DNA from: Sphingomonas sp.
GTDB taxonomy: Bacteria > Pseudomonadota > Alphaproteobacteria > Sphingomonadales > Sphingomonadaceae
Reading direction: 5' to 3'
NCBI RefSeq assembly: GCF_036402235.1
Contig: NZ_DASWTG010000041.1
Coordinates: 2,381-66,380 of the forward strand
DNA length: 64,000 nucleotides
The position numbers and the translations under genes are program-made. Each line of letters opens with the position of its first letter. Position 1 is the first letter of the stretch. Below are positions 36,945 to 49,257 of this stretch, in pieces. The notes below the pieces were generated by a model. The model was given only the letters and a program-made list of their open reading frames with translations, had not been told where the DNA came from and did no database searches.

Positions 36945-37271
36945 ATGCTGAGTCTGCTGCTGGCGTTGAGCGTCGCGGGTGAGCCGCCCAGGATCGTCAC
37001 CCTGCCCCGGCGTGCCCGTCCTGCCGCGGTCGTCCGCAAGCGCGCCGCGCGCAAGCCGGTGCGCCGGCCGCTGCCGCAGCCGGCCACATTGTGCCTGACC
37101 GGCACCTGTACCCGGTCCGCCGCGCCCGGCGATCGGTTGACCGGGCCGACCGCGCCCGAGCGCAGCGGGAAGATGGATGTGGTCCGGTCGACCGGCATGC
37201 CGTGCGGCGTGCAGGGCGCGCCGGTCTGCCCGAAAAAGGGCCAGGAGCTGCTGAGCACGCGCATCGACTAG
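36945..37271 (+). CDS. Small secreted basic Cys-containing hypothetical protein
   Basis: MLSLLLALSVAG leader; Cys pairs CLTGTC and CGVQGAPVC. Confidence 0.6.
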   Translation: MLSLLLALSVAGEPPRIVTLPRRARPAAVVRKRAARKPVRRPLPQPATLCLTGTCTRSAAPGDRLTGPTAPERSGKMDVVRSTGMPCGVQGAPVCPKKGQELLSTRID

Positions 37272-37326
37272 CCATGTTCCGGCGCGGACCTCGTTGTGCT
37301 AACGCAACGAGGGGAGGGTGTAGCCC

Positions 37327-37677
37327 ATGTCCGCGCTGCTCGTATTCGCGTTGATGCTCCAGGCCGGCGGCGACGATGCCGCGATGCAGGCCTATCGCGA
37401 CAAGACCCGCGCCGTCATCCCGTGCAAGACCACCGGAGATCCCGACGAGGTGACGATCTGCGCGCTGCGTGAGGCGGACAAGAAGTACCGCGTGCCCTTC
37501 GTCACCACCAATGCTCGCGACAATGTGCCCTATCAGACCGAGCGCGTGCTTGAGGACACGATGTTCCAGTGCGGCGTCAGCGGCCCGTTCCTGACGCAAT
37601 GCGGCGGGATGGTCGGGGTGACGGTGGGCGTCGGGTTCGACGGCAAGGTGATGCGCAAGCGCGAACCCGCGCCCTAG
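37327..37677 (+). CDS. Small secreted four-Cys hypothetical protein
   Basis: GGAGGG SD, signal peptide, C...DEVTIC and CGVSGPFLTQC. Confidence 0.7.
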   Translation: MSALLVFALMLQAGGDDAAMQAYRDKTRAVIPCKTTGDPDEVTICALREADKKYRVPFVTTNARDNVPYQTERVLEDTMFQCGVSGPFLTQCGGMVGVTVGVGFDGKVMRKREPAP

Positions 37678-37689
37678 CACGCCCCCCCG

Positions 37690-37791
37690 AATCCTCCCCC
37701 GCCAGGGGGAGGTGTCAGCGAAGCTGACGGAGGGGGAGGACGCGAAACGCCGGTCGGGGAGTCCTCCCCCTCCCCCTAGCGGGGGAGGATT
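37690..37791. repeat. CIR/MITE-like element, copy 5 (internally shortened)
   Basis: aatcctcccccgccagggggaggtgtcagcgaagctgacggagggg...gggggaggatt. Confidence 0.85.
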
Positions 37792-37807
37792 GAACGCCCG
37801 TCGGCCC

Positions 37808-39100
37808 TCACTCCCCCAATATGTGCATCCACATCGGTTCGCCCGCAAGGCTGGGCGAACCGCGCAGCTTCTCCAGCGCCTGCGCGATCGAGCGTTCGGG
37901 CACTTCGTGCGTCACGATCGCGACGAGCACGCTGCCATCGGCCATCGCGCCGCGCTGAATCAGCGATTCGATCGAGACGCCCGCGTCGCGCATCGCCGCG
38001 GCGATCTCGGCCAGCACGCCGACCTTGTCGGCGACGGTGAAGCGCAGATAGGCGCGGCCGCGGCGCTCTCCGGTCGGCGCGGCGGGTTCGGCGGTCAGGC
38101 TCGCGGCGGGCATCGCATAGGGCGGGCCGAATTCGGTGCGCGCGATGTCGATCAGGTCGGCGACCACCGCCGATGCGGTCGGGCCGTCGCCCGCGCCCGC
38201 GCCCTGGAACAGCAGCCGGCCGACGAAATTGCCCTCGGCGACGACCGCGTTGGTCGGGCCAAGGACATGCGCCAGCGGATGCGCGAGCGGCACGAGGTGC
38301 GGGTGGACACGCTGGAACAGCCCGTTGCCATTGAGATCAGCGATGCCGAGCAGTCGCACGCGATAGCCCAGCGCCGCCGCCTCCGCGATGTCGGCGGCGA
38401 GCAGATGGCGGATGCCGCCGATCGCGACGTCGCCGAACGCGGGCTGGGTGCCGAACGCGATGCTCGCCAGGATCGACAGCTTGTGCGCGGCGTCGACGCC
38501 GTCGATGTCGAAGCTCGGGTCCGCCTCGGCGAAGCCCGCCGCCTGCGCCTCGGCCAGCACCTCGGCGAAGTCGCGGCCTTCGGCCTCCATCTTGGACAGG
38601 ATGAAATTGCAGGTGCCGTTGAGGATGCCATAGACGCGGTCGATCTGGTTGGCCGCGGCGCCTTCGCGCAGCCCCTTGATCACCGGCACCCCGCCCGCGA
38701 CTGCCGCCTCGAACTTCATCGGCGTGTCGCTCTTCTCGGCGACACCGGCGAGCTCGAGGCCATGATGCGCGATCATCGCCTTGTTGGCGGTGACGAGGCC
38801 CTTGCCCGCCGCCAGCGTCGCGCGGGCAAGCGCGAGGGCGGGGCCGTCGGACCCGCCGATCAGCTCGACCACCACGTCCGCCTTGGGGTGACGCGCCAGC
38901 TCGGTCATGTCGTCGACCCAGTCGAAGCGCGCGATGTCGACGCCGCGGTCCTTGGCGCGGTCGCGCGCGGAGACCGCGACGATCTCGATCGGCCGGCCCG
39001 CCCGGCGCGCGATCAGCTCGGCATTGGCGTCGATCAGGCGAATGACGCCCGCACCCACGGTGCCAAGGCCGGCAAGAGCAACGCGCAACGGTTCGGTCAA
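37808..39100 (-). CDS. hom: Homoserine dehydrogenase (TTG start)
   Basis: LAGLGTVG, VTANKA, FEAAVAGGVP, GILNGTCN and C-terminal ACT domain; GAGGA SD before TTG 39100. Confidence 0.95.
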   Translation of the reverse strand: MTEPLRVALAGLGTVGAGVIRLIDANAELIARRAGRPIEIVAVSARDRAKDRGVDIARFDWVDDMTELARHPKADVVVELIGGSDGPALALARATLAAGKGLVTANKAMIAHHGLELAGVAEKSDTPMKFEAAVAGGVPVIKGLREGAAANQIDRVYGILNGTCNFILSKMEAEGRDFAEVLAEAQAAGFAEADPSFDIDGVDAAHKLSILASIAFGTQPAFGDVAIGGIRHLLAADIAEAAALGYRVRLLGIADLNGNGLFQRVHPHLVPLAHPLAHVLGPTNAVVAEGNFVGRLLFQGAGAGDGPTASAVVADLIDIARTEFGPPYAMPAASLTAEPAAPTGERRGRAYLRFTVADKVGVLAEIAAAMRDAGVSIESLIQRGAMADGSVLVAIVTHEVPERSIAQALEKLRGSPSLAGEPMWMHILGE

Positions 39101-39120
39101 AGCTTCTTCCTCAACGCTTT

Positions 39121-39217
39121 CGTCACCCCGGCCTCGTGCCGGGGTCCAGCGGGCGGCAAGAATCGCCCGTGCGGCTCTTTGCGGCACGGTGGACCCCGGA
39201 ACAAGTCCGGGGTGACG
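39121..39217. repeat. CGTC-tagged REP doublet (ccgg subtype)
   Basis: cgtcaccccggcctcgtgccggggtcca...tggaccccggaacaagtccggggtgacg, 20 bp upstream of hom. Confidence 0.88.
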
Positions 39218-39254
39218 GAGGAATAGTTTTGCCGGGGTTACTTCTTCGCCGCGG

Positions 39255-40205
39255 CTACTTCTTCGTCAGCCCGATCTCGCGCAGCCGTTCCGCCAGATAA
39301 TCATGCGCGGTGATCGGCGGCTCGCGCTCGGGATTCTCCGCGCTCACGCATTGCGGCAGCGCCTTGATCAGGAAATCGGGCGCGGGATGCAGGAAGAACG
39401 GCATCGAATAGCGCGGCGTGCCGCGGCGCTCGACCGGCGGGTTGACCACGCGGTGGGTGGTCGAGGGCAGGACATGGTTGGTCAGCCGCTGCAGCATGTC
39501 GCCGACATTGACCACCATCGCGCCCTCGGGCGGCCGCACCGGCAGCCACTCGCCGTCCTTGTCGAGCAGCTCGAGCCCTGCTTCCTCGGCGCCGAGCAGG
39601 AGCGTGATGAGGTTGATGTCCTCATGCGCCCCGGCACGCACGTTGGGCGCATCCTCGGTCACTGGCGGATAGTGGAGCAGGCGCAGCACCGAGTTGCCGT
39701 CCTTCACCGCATGGTCGAACCAGTTCGGTTCCAGTCCCAGATGCCGCGCGATCGCCGAAAGCAGCTTGTCGCCCGCCGTGTCGAACGCCGCGAACAGCTC
39801 GAGGAAGGTCTCGCGGAATCCCTCGGGCCGGTCGGGCCAGATGTTGGGCGCCATGTTCGCCTCGAACCGGTGCCCGGCGGGCAGCTCGCGGCCGATATGC
39901 CAGAATTCCTTGAGGTCGACATATTCCGCGCCCTTGGCGATCTCGGTCTTGAACGGCGTGTAGCCGCGCGCGCCGCCGCCGCCCGCGACGAAATAGCCGC
40001 GCTTCTCTTCCTCCGGCAGGTCGAAGAACGCCTTGGTCGCCGCCCAGGCACGGTCGATCAGGTCCTGCGGCACGCCATGGTCGGACACCATCGCGAAGCC
40101 GAACCGCTCGAACGATCCGCCCAGCGCGGCGGCGAACCCGTCCGGGTCGCGCGCCTGATCGGCGAGGCTGACCAGCGGGACTTCGGCAAGAACGGTGTCG
40201 GGCAT
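39255..40205 (-). CDS. 2OG-Fe(II) dioxygenase, IPNS-like
   Basis: LRLLHYPP, AHEDINLITLL (HxD), STTHRV (His) and RYS. Confidence 0.9.
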   Translation of the reverse strand: MPDTVLAEVPLVSLADQARDPDGFAAALGGSFERFGFAMVSDHGVPQDLIDRAWAATKAFFDLPEEEKRGYFVAGGGGARGYTPFKTEIAKGAEYVDLKEFWHIGRELPAGHRFEANMAPNIWPDRPEGFRETFLELFAAFDTAGDKLLSAIARHLGLEPNWFDHAVKDGNSVLRLLHYPPVTEDAPNVRAGAHEDINLITLLLGAEEAGLELLDKDGEWLPVRPPEGAMVVNVGDMLQRLTNHVLPSTTHRVVNPPVERRGTPRYSMPFFLHPAPDFLIKALPQCVSAENPEREPPITAHDYLAERLREIGLTKK

Positions 40206-40338
40206 TCAAGGTAACTCCGGAAACGATTCTCCCGGAAATAGACCTTCATGCGGCCCGCGAACAGAGGCGGGAGAGGCGCGGTGCCGCGCGCCCCTCCCGC
40301 AGCCCGCGCCTACGCAGCGCCGGAACGGGTTACAGCCA

Positions 40339-40848
40339 TTATTTGCCGAGAACGGTGAGCGTGCCGCGGCTCTTCGAATCGCCCGTGGGATCGAGCTTGA
40401 GCGTGAAATCGCTGCCTTCGCTGGTCTTGCCGCTGAACTGGCCGTCCTTGGCCGCGACGGTGAAGCCGGCCGCCTGCATCTGCTCCTCGAACCAGCTGCG
40501 GACCTGGCCGGCGGCGGCGGGCGCCTCGAACTGCACGCGCACCCTATCCTCACCGCCCGCGTCGCGATTGGCATCGACATTCAGGCTGGCGATCGTCGAT
40601 CCGGGATAGAGCTTGAGGCCGTCGACCTCGAAATTCTCGGCCTTCAGATCGAATTTGGGCAGCTTGATCGACCCTTCAAACCCCGGCACCTTGACCGCGA
40701 CACGCCCGTCCTTGTCGGCCTTGATCGATGCGTTGCCCTCGCCGCTGTTAACCGAGATGCTCGCGCCATTGCCCTCGCCCGAGCCATCGCCGCACGCCGC
40801 GAGCGCCAGCACCAGGGGGAGGGCAAGCCAGTTCCGGGTCATATGCAA
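40339..40848 (-). CDS. Hypothetical lipoprotein
   Basis: LALAAC lipobox; host-like codon usage. Confidence 0.72.
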   Translation of the reverse strand: MHMTRNWLALPLVLALAACGDGSGEGNGASISVNSGEGNASIKADKDGRVAVKVPGFEGSIKLPKFDLKAENFEVDGLKLYPGSTIASLNVDANRDAGGEDRVRVQFEAPAAAGQVRSWFEEQMQAAGFTVAAKDGQFSGKTSEGSDFTLKLDPTGDSKSRGTLTVLGK

Positions 40849-40945
40849 GCTCCACCGTATTAGTTGGGCAACACACTAGCCCGCGCCGCAAAAAAGATCA
40901 AGCCGCGGGGTGACGTGCCCGGTGCGATGCGGCATTGGGCGCGGC

Positions 40946-42187
40946 ATGGACGCGCAGACTCCCCACCAACCCGGCGAAGCGGCGAACCGGTCGCCCATTC
41001 CGATGGGCGAGTTCGTCGCGCTGATCGCGTCGATCATGGCGCTGACTGCGCTCGGCATCGATTCGATGCTGCCGGCGCTGCCCGCGATCAGCGACGAGCT
41101 CGGCGTCAGCCAGCCCAACCATCGCCAGTATGTCATCACCGCCTTCATGCTCGGCTTCGCGGTCGCGCAGCTGTTCCACGGCCCGCTCGCCGACCGCTTC
41201 GGGCGCAAGCCGGTGATCATGGCGGCGCTTGCCTTCTACGTGGCCACCAATGCGGTCGCGGCCTTTTCGGGCAGCTTCGAGCTGCTGCTGCTCGCGCGCG
41301 CGGCGAGCGGCGCTGCGGTCGCCGCGGGGCGCGTGGTGACGGTGGCGCTGGTGCGCGACTGTTTCCAGGGGCGGGCGATGGCGCGGGTGATGAGCCTCGC
41401 CTTCATGACCTTCATGATCGTGCCCGTGCTCGCGCCCGCCTGGGGCCAGCTGATGGTGATTATCTTCGGCTCGTGGCGGCTGATCTTCGGCGGGATCGCG
41501 ATCGTCGCGGCGCTGGTGCTGATCTGGTTCACGCTTCGCATGCCCGAGACGCTGGCGCGCGATACCGTGCACCCGCTCGACCTGAGCGAAATCTGGCGCG
41601 GCTATGGCAAGATGTTCCGCGATCGCTGGGCGGTCGGCTACACCTTGGCCACCACCGCGATCTCGGGCTGCTTCTTCTCGTTCATCGGGTCGATCCAGCA
41701 GATCGTCTATGACGTGTTCAAGCGGCCCGAGCTGCTGACATTGGTGTTCGCCTCGGTCGCCGGGCTGATGGCGCTGGGGTCGTTCCTCAATTCGCGCCTG
41801 GTGATGCGCTTCGGCATGCGCTTTCTCTCGCATCTCGCGCTGGTGACGACCACTGTGCTCGCCGTGATCCACCTGACGGTGATCCTGCTGGGCGGCGAGA
41901 ATCTGTGGGTGTTCATCGCGCTTCAGGCGCCGATGATGGCCGCGATGGGCCTCGCCAACTCGAATTTTTCAGCGATGGCGATGGAGAATATGGGTGAGAT
42001 CGCGGGCACCGCGTCGAGCCTGCAGGGCTTCATCGCGACGATGGGCGCGGCGGTGCTCGGCGCGGTGATCGGCCAGTCGTTCGACGGGACGACGGTGCCG
42101 CTGTACCTTGGTTTCACCGTGCTGGGCGTGACCGCACTCGTCATCGTCTTCGTCACCGAACGCGGCAAGCTGTTCCGCCGCAACTGA
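40946..42187 (+). CDS. Bcr/CflA family MFS drug efflux transporter
   Basis: ALGIDSMLPALP, GPLADRFGRKPV; 12 TM helices. Confidence 0.9.
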   Translation: MDAQTPHQPGEAANRSPIPMGEFVALIASIMALTALGIDSMLPALPAISDELGVSQPNHRQYVITAFMLGFAVAQLFHGPLADRFGRKPVIMAALAFYVATNAVAAFSGSFELLLLARAASGAAVAAGRVVTVALVRDCFQGRAMARVMSLAFMTFMIVPVLAPAWGQLMVIIFGSWRLIFGGIAIVAALVLIWFTLRMPETLARDTVHPLDLSEIWRGYGKMFRDRWAVGYTLATTAISGCFFSFIGSIQQIVYDVFKRPELLTLVFASVAGLMALGSFLNSRLVMRFGMRFLSHLALVTTTVLAVIHLTVILLGGENLWVFIALQAPMMAAMGLANSNFSAMAMENMGEIAGTASSLQGFIATMGAAVLGAVIGQSFDGTTVPLYLGFTVLGVTALVIVFVTERGKLFRRN

Positions 42188-42198
42188 CCGTGCGGCAG

Positions 42199-42224
42199 GG
42201 AACCGTCAGCCCCTCTTCGCCGTT
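42199..42224 (+). promoter_or_regulatory. EcfG-type general stress promoter
   Basis: Exact GGAAC-N17-CGTT, 30 nt upstream of ATG 42255. Confidence 0.7.
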
Positions 42225-42254
42225 CGCGCTTCAGGAGAAGCAAGGAGGGCTGCG

Positions 42255-42593
42255 ATGGGCGGTCATCAGGTTCCAGGGCGCGGACCCGGCGACGACGGAT
42301 ATGACGAGGACGGCTATGACGAGAGCCAGCGCGCCGAAATCCTCGAGGCGACGCGCGACGGCCCGGGCGACGGCACGGTCCTGACCGATCTCGATCCCGA
42401 CCTCGGCGAGGAGCTTGACGCCGACGCGGAGGAGGACGAGCTGCTGATGGTCGCCGACGAGGTCGGGGAGGAGGAGGTCGCGGAGAGCGACGCCGCCGAT
42501 GACGACGAAGACGATCTTCAGGGCGACTTCGACGCCGGCACGCTCGACGCGGATGATCTCGACGATGGCGATGCGGTTGCCCTGAACCCTTGA
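42255..42593 (+). CDS. Highly acidic small protein
   Basis: AGGAGG SD; hand count 28 Asp + 15 Glu of 112 aa, no Lys, 3 Arg. Confidence 0.75.
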   Translation: MGGHQVPGRGPGDDGYDEDGYDESQRAEILEATRDGPGDGTVLTDLDPDLGEELDADAEEDELLMVADEVGEEEVAESDAADDDEDDLQGDFDAGTLDADDLDDGDAVALNP

Positions 42594-42650
42594 TCGGCAC
42601 CCTTGACCGGGGGGCGCTTCGGGCGGAGCATCGCCAGCGAAGGGAGCGCC

Positions 42651-43244
42651 ATGACCACCGATCCGCGCGTGGATGCCTATATCCAGCGGCAGGCCGATTT
42701 CGCCCGCCCGATCCTGATCTGGCTGCGCGCGCGCGTCCACGCCGCTTGCCCCGATGTGGTGGAAGGCATCAAATGGGGGATGCCGGCCTTCTCCTATCGC
42801 GGCCGTCCGCTCGCCAGCATGGCCGCGTTCAAGGCGCATGCCAGCTTCGGCTTCTGGTATCGCGACCAGCTCGCCACGGGCAAGGAGGGGGAGGCGATGG
42901 GCCAGTTCGGCCGCATCGAATCGCGCGCCGATCTGCCCGATGACGCCGCGATGGAAGCACAGGTGCGCGCGGCGATGGCGCTCACCGATTCGGGCGCTCT
43001 CCCCAGGCGCGCCGTCAGGCCGCCCAAGCCCGAGGCCGAGGTGCCCGAGGCATTGGCCGAAGCGCTCGCGCGCGATCCCGCGGCAGCGGCGGCGTTCGAC
43101 GCATTTCCGCCGAGCGCGCGACGCGACTATTGCGAATGGATCGCCGGCGCCAGGCAGGAGGCGACGCGGGATCGGCGCCTCACCGACGCGATCACCTGGA
43201 TCCGCGAGGGCAAGAAGCGCCACTGGAAATATGAAAGCTGCTGA
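42651..43244 (+). CDS. YdeI/OmpD-associated family protein
   Basis: DPRVDAYI, IKWGMP, RRDYCEWIAGARQEATR; start at ATG 42651. Confidence 0.85.
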   Translation: MTTDPRVDAYIQRQADFARPILIWLRARVHAACPDVVEGIKWGMPAFSYRGRPLASMAAFKAHASFGFWYRDQLATGKEGEAMGQFGRIESRADLPDDAAMEAQVRAAMALTDSGALPRRAVRPPKPEAEVPEALAEALARDPAAAAAFDAFPPSARRDYCEWIAGARQEATRDRRLTDAITWIREGKKRHWKYESC

Positions 43245-43306
43245 AGGGCTTGCGTTCGGCGACATTTATGTGATGATGCAACATCTCTTGCGATAGGAGG
43301 TGCCCT

Positions 43307-43714
43307 ATGCGTCGTTCCGTTGCATATCGTGAGCCCGAGTCGATCTCCGCGCTCAACACCACCCCATTGATCGATGTGCTGCTGGTGCTGTTGATCATGC
43401 TCATCGTCACCATCCCCGCGGCGACTCACAAATTGCCGGTCGATCTGCCGCAGGGGATCGGGGAGCCGTCGGTCGACCTTCCCCACCGGCTCGATATCTC
43501 CGCGGCAGGCCAGCTTGCCTGGGACGGGCGGACGATCGCCGATGCCGAGCTTCCCGCGCTGCTCGCCTCGACCCTCGCGGCGAACGGCGTGCTGCACTTC
43601 AAGGCGGATCAGGCCGCGCGCTACGAGCGCTTCGCCACGGTGCTGAGCGCCGTCAAGCGCTCGGGCGTCACCCGGCTGGGCTTTGTCGGCAACGAGGCGA
43701 TGGCGTTCGACTGA
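43307..43714 (+). CDS. exbD: ExbD/TolR family protein (orphan)
   Basis: NTTPLIDVLLVLLIMLIV, KADQAARY, GVTRLGFV. Confidence 0.85.
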   Translation: MRRSVAYREPESISALNTTPLIDVLLVLLIMLIVTIPAATHKLPVDLPQGIGEPSVDLPHRLDISAAGQLAWDGRTIADAELPALLASTLAANGVLHFKADQAARYERFATVLSAVKRSGVTRLGFVGNEAMAFD

Positions 43715-43754
43715 GCTTTCCCGCGCGCCATAGTTGCCGTAAACGTCAAGCGCT

Positions 43755-44150
43755 ATGGCGCGCTTCACACGGACGATCACCGCCGGGCCGGACGACATCG
43801 ACGAGCTCGGCCATGTCAACAATGCGGTCTGGGTCCGCTGGATCCAGGACGTAGCGGTGGCGCACTGGCACGCAGTCGCGCCGCCCGAGCATCGCGATGC
43901 CTATATCTGGGTCGTGACCCGGCACGAGATCGACTATCGCGGCAATGTGTCCGAGGGCGAGACGGTGACCGCCGAAACCTGGGTGCCCCATCCGCCGCGC
44001 GGCGCGCGCTTCGACCGCCACATGCGCTTCACCGGCGACGACGGCAAGGTGAAGGTCGAGGCGGTCTCGACCTGGGCGATGCTCGACCGCGCCACCGGCC
44101 GGCTGGTGCGCGTACGCGACGAGATCGCGGCACCGTTTCTGGAGGGGTGA
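43755..44150 (+). CDS. Acyl-CoA thioesterase (hotdog fold)
   Basis: DIDELGHVNNAVWVRW, HEIDYR. Confidence 0.88.
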   Translation: MARFTRTITAGPDDIDELGHVNNAVWVRWIQDVAVAHWHAVAPPEHRDAYIWVVTRHEIDYRGNVSEGETVTAETWVPHPPRGARFDRHMRFTGDDGKVKVEAVSTWAMLDRATGRLVRVRDEIAAPFLEG

Positions 44151-44473
44151 GCGGGGAGGTGCGAGGACCGCTGTCGACCCCATTGCGGACGTTCGGTTCG
44201 ATCGCCATTCTCGCCACGATGCTGATACGATGGCCTTCGATAAGATTCGCAGCTGCCATGACCGTTTCCGTCCTCCTCGCGACAATGGCGTTCGACGGTT
44301 TATCTATGGGCGGTCCGAGGGGCGCAGGTGGCTGGGCTGCATTTGTTGGATTCATAGCCCTGCCATTCCTGGTGTGGCTTACGAAAAGCGGCAGGTCCGC
44401 CAAATACGTACAGGCCGTGCCATTGTTGATCGTGGTTCTCGTCATTGCATACTCGAGTTGGGCCATGGTTTAA
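44147..44473 (+). CDS. Hypothetical small membrane protein with atypical codon usage
   Basis: GTGA overlap with the thioesterase stop; about 3 hydrophobic segments; many A/T-ending codons. Confidence 0.55.
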   Translation: MSGEVRGPLSTPLRTFGSIAILATMLIRWPSIRFAAAMTVSVLLATMAFDGLSMGGPRGAGGWAAFVGFIALPFLVWLTKSGRSAKYVQAVPLLIVVLVIAYSSWAMV

Positions 44474-44758
44474 TCCCAACCAACAGACCTTGCAGCCGAC
44501 CAAGATGGCAGCTTCCCACCCAAATCTCGACCGCGCTTGCAATGTTGGAACTGATTTGCTTGCGTCGTTTGGTGCCAGGCACCGCCCTTTGATTTCGTCG
44601 ATCCACCCGGCAGAATCGGTCTGCCGCACGCACCCCGGACAAGGGCGACGAAGTTGACAGAATGAATCGCGTTCCGCGTAATTTCGTCAACTTCGCGGGA
44701 GAGCCGGCGGCGTCCCGATACCGACCGTCGCAAACCCACTCGGCTTGCGCCGTGCGGT

Positions 44759-47449
<2,691 letters not shown>

Positions 47450-47505
47450 TGCGGCATGGCCAGCGTCAACCGGTTCGTTACTTCACCCACCTCAAGCGCG
47501 AATGA

Positions 47506-49125
47506 TTATGTCGCATGATCATCGATCCGCCGCCGGAAGGTTTCGGGCAGGAACAGCAGGCCGATGATCAGCGTCAGCACCGCGACGGTGATCGGATACC
47601 ACAGGCCGTAATAGATATCCCCGGTCGCCGCGACCATCGCGAAGGCGATCGTCGGCAGGAAGCCACCGAACCAGCCATTGCCGATATGATAGGGCAGCGA
47701 CATCGCGGTGTAGCGGATCCGGCTCGGGAAGATCTCGACCAGCAGTGCCGCGATCGGGCCATAGACCGCCGTCACCAGCAGCACGAGCCAGAAGAGCAGC
47801 GCGACGATCAGCGGCTTGTTCATCGCTGCCGGATCGGCCTTGGCGGGATAGCCGGCGGCGCTCAGCGCGGCGTTGATTTCGGCGCGGAACGCTGCGGCAT
47901 CGCCGGCCTGCTCGATCTTGCGGTCGCCGACGAAGATCTCGGCGCGCTCCTTGCTCCCGTCTGCCGAGCTGTAGGGGATGCCCGATTTGGCGAGTAGCGA
48001 CTTGGCGATGTCGCAATCGGTGCGGTCGAACTTGTTGCCGCCGATCGGGTCGAACTGGACCGAGCAGGTGGCGGGATCGGCGATGACGCTGACCGGCGCC
48101 TTGGCCTGCGCCGCCGCCAGCGCCGGATTGGCCGCCTGGGTCAGCGCATGGAAGGTCGGGAAATAGGTCAGCGCCGCCAGTGCGCAGCCGGTCAGGATGA
48201 TCTTCTTGCGCCCGATCCTGTCGGAGAGCGCGCCGAAGATGACGAAGAAGGGCGTGGCGAGCGCCAGCGCGATCGCGATCAGGATGTTGGCGGTGGCGCC
48301 ATCGACCTTCAGCGTCTTCTCGAGGAAGAACAGCGCATAGAATTGCCCCGTATACCAGACCACCGCCTGGCCCGCGACCGCGCCGAGCAGCACGATCAGC
48401 ACGGTGCGCAGGTTGCGCCACTGGCCGAACGCCTCGGTGAAGGGCGCCTTGGAGGTGGTGCCTTCCTCCTTCATCTTCTGGAACACCGGGCTCTCGGCGA
48501 GCTGGAGGCGAATCCACAGCGACACGCCGAGCAGCAGGATCGAGACGAGGAAGGGCAGGCGCCAGCCCCAGTCGGTGAATGCCGCCTCACCGATGACGGT
48601 GCGGATGCCGATCACCACCAACAGCGCCGCGAACAGGCCGAGCGTCGCGGTGGTCTGGATCCAGCTGGTGAACAGCCCGCGCTTCCCCTCGGGCGCATGC
48701 TCGGCGACATAGGTCGCGGCGCCGCCATATTCGCCGCCGAGCGCGAGGCCCTGGACGAGCCGCAGCGCCACCAGGATCACGGGCGCAGCGACGCCGATGC
48801 TGGCATAGCTCGGCAGCACGCCGACCGCGAAGGTCGACAGGCCCATCAGTCCCATCGTCACGAGGAAGGTGTATTTGCGCCCGACGACATCGCCGAGCCG
48901 GCCGAATACCAGCGCGCCGAACGGCCGCACCGCGAAGCCCGCGGCGAACGCGCCAAGCGCGAGGATGAACGCGGTGGTCTCGTTCACGCCCGAGAAGAAT
49001 TTGGCCGAGATGACCGTGGCCAGCAGCCCGTAGAGATAGAAATCATACCACTCAAACACCGTGCCGAGCGACGAGGCGATGATCACCTTGCGTTCGTTCC
49101 GGCCGGTCACTGCGGCTGTGGTCAT
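47506..49125 (-). CDS. MHS-family MFS transporter (organic acid/H+ symporter-like)
   Basis: GTVFEWYDF, QGLALGGEYGG, RYTAMSLPYHIGNG. Confidence 0.9.
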   Translation of the reverse strand: MTTAAVTGRNERKVIIASSLGTVFEWYDFYLYGLLATVISAKFFSGVNETTAFILALGAFAAGFAVRPFGALVFGRLGDVVGRKYTFLVTMGLMGLSTFAVGVLPSYASIGVAAPVILVALRLVQGLALGGEYGGAATYVAEHAPEGKRGLFTSWIQTTATLGLFAALLVVIGIRTVIGEAAFTDWGWRLPFLVSILLLGVSLWIRLQLAESPVFQKMKEEGTTSKAPFTEAFGQWRNLRTVLIVLLGAVAGQAVVWYTGQFYALFFLEKTLKVDGATANILIAIALALATPFFVIFGALSDRIGRKKIILTGCALAALTYFPTFHALTQAANPALAAAQAKAPVSVIADPATCSVQFDPIGGNKFDRTDCDIAKSLLAKSGIPYSSADGSKERAEIFVGDRKIEQAGDAAAFRAEINAALSAAGYPAKADPAAMNKPLIVALLFWLVLLVTAVYGPIAALLVEIFPSRIRYTAMSLPYHIGNGWFGGFLPTIAFAMVAATGDIYYGLWYPITVAVLTLIIGLLFLPETFRRRIDDHAT

Positions 49126-49201
49126 TCAGGCCCTCCCATTTATCTTACATAATGGTGGCGGGTTTTACAGTCTGCGTCGAGGGCCGAAATCGCGCAGAAG
49201 C

Positions 49202-49252
49202 GGGGGACCAGCGAAATTTGTCCCTCTCTCCTTCCGAAGGGAGGGGAGGAAT
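49202..49252. repeat. Degenerate fragment of the CIR-like element
   Basis: gggggaccagcgaa matches copy 1, followed by a ccctctctccttccgaagggagggga hairpin. Confidence 0.45.
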
Positions 49253-49257
49253 GAGGA

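Noticed and set aside
44300-44690. Minus-strand ORFs 44300-44629 and 44442-44690 as real genes
   Set aside because: No SD, no motif, and they overlap the more plausible plus-strand membrane ORF.
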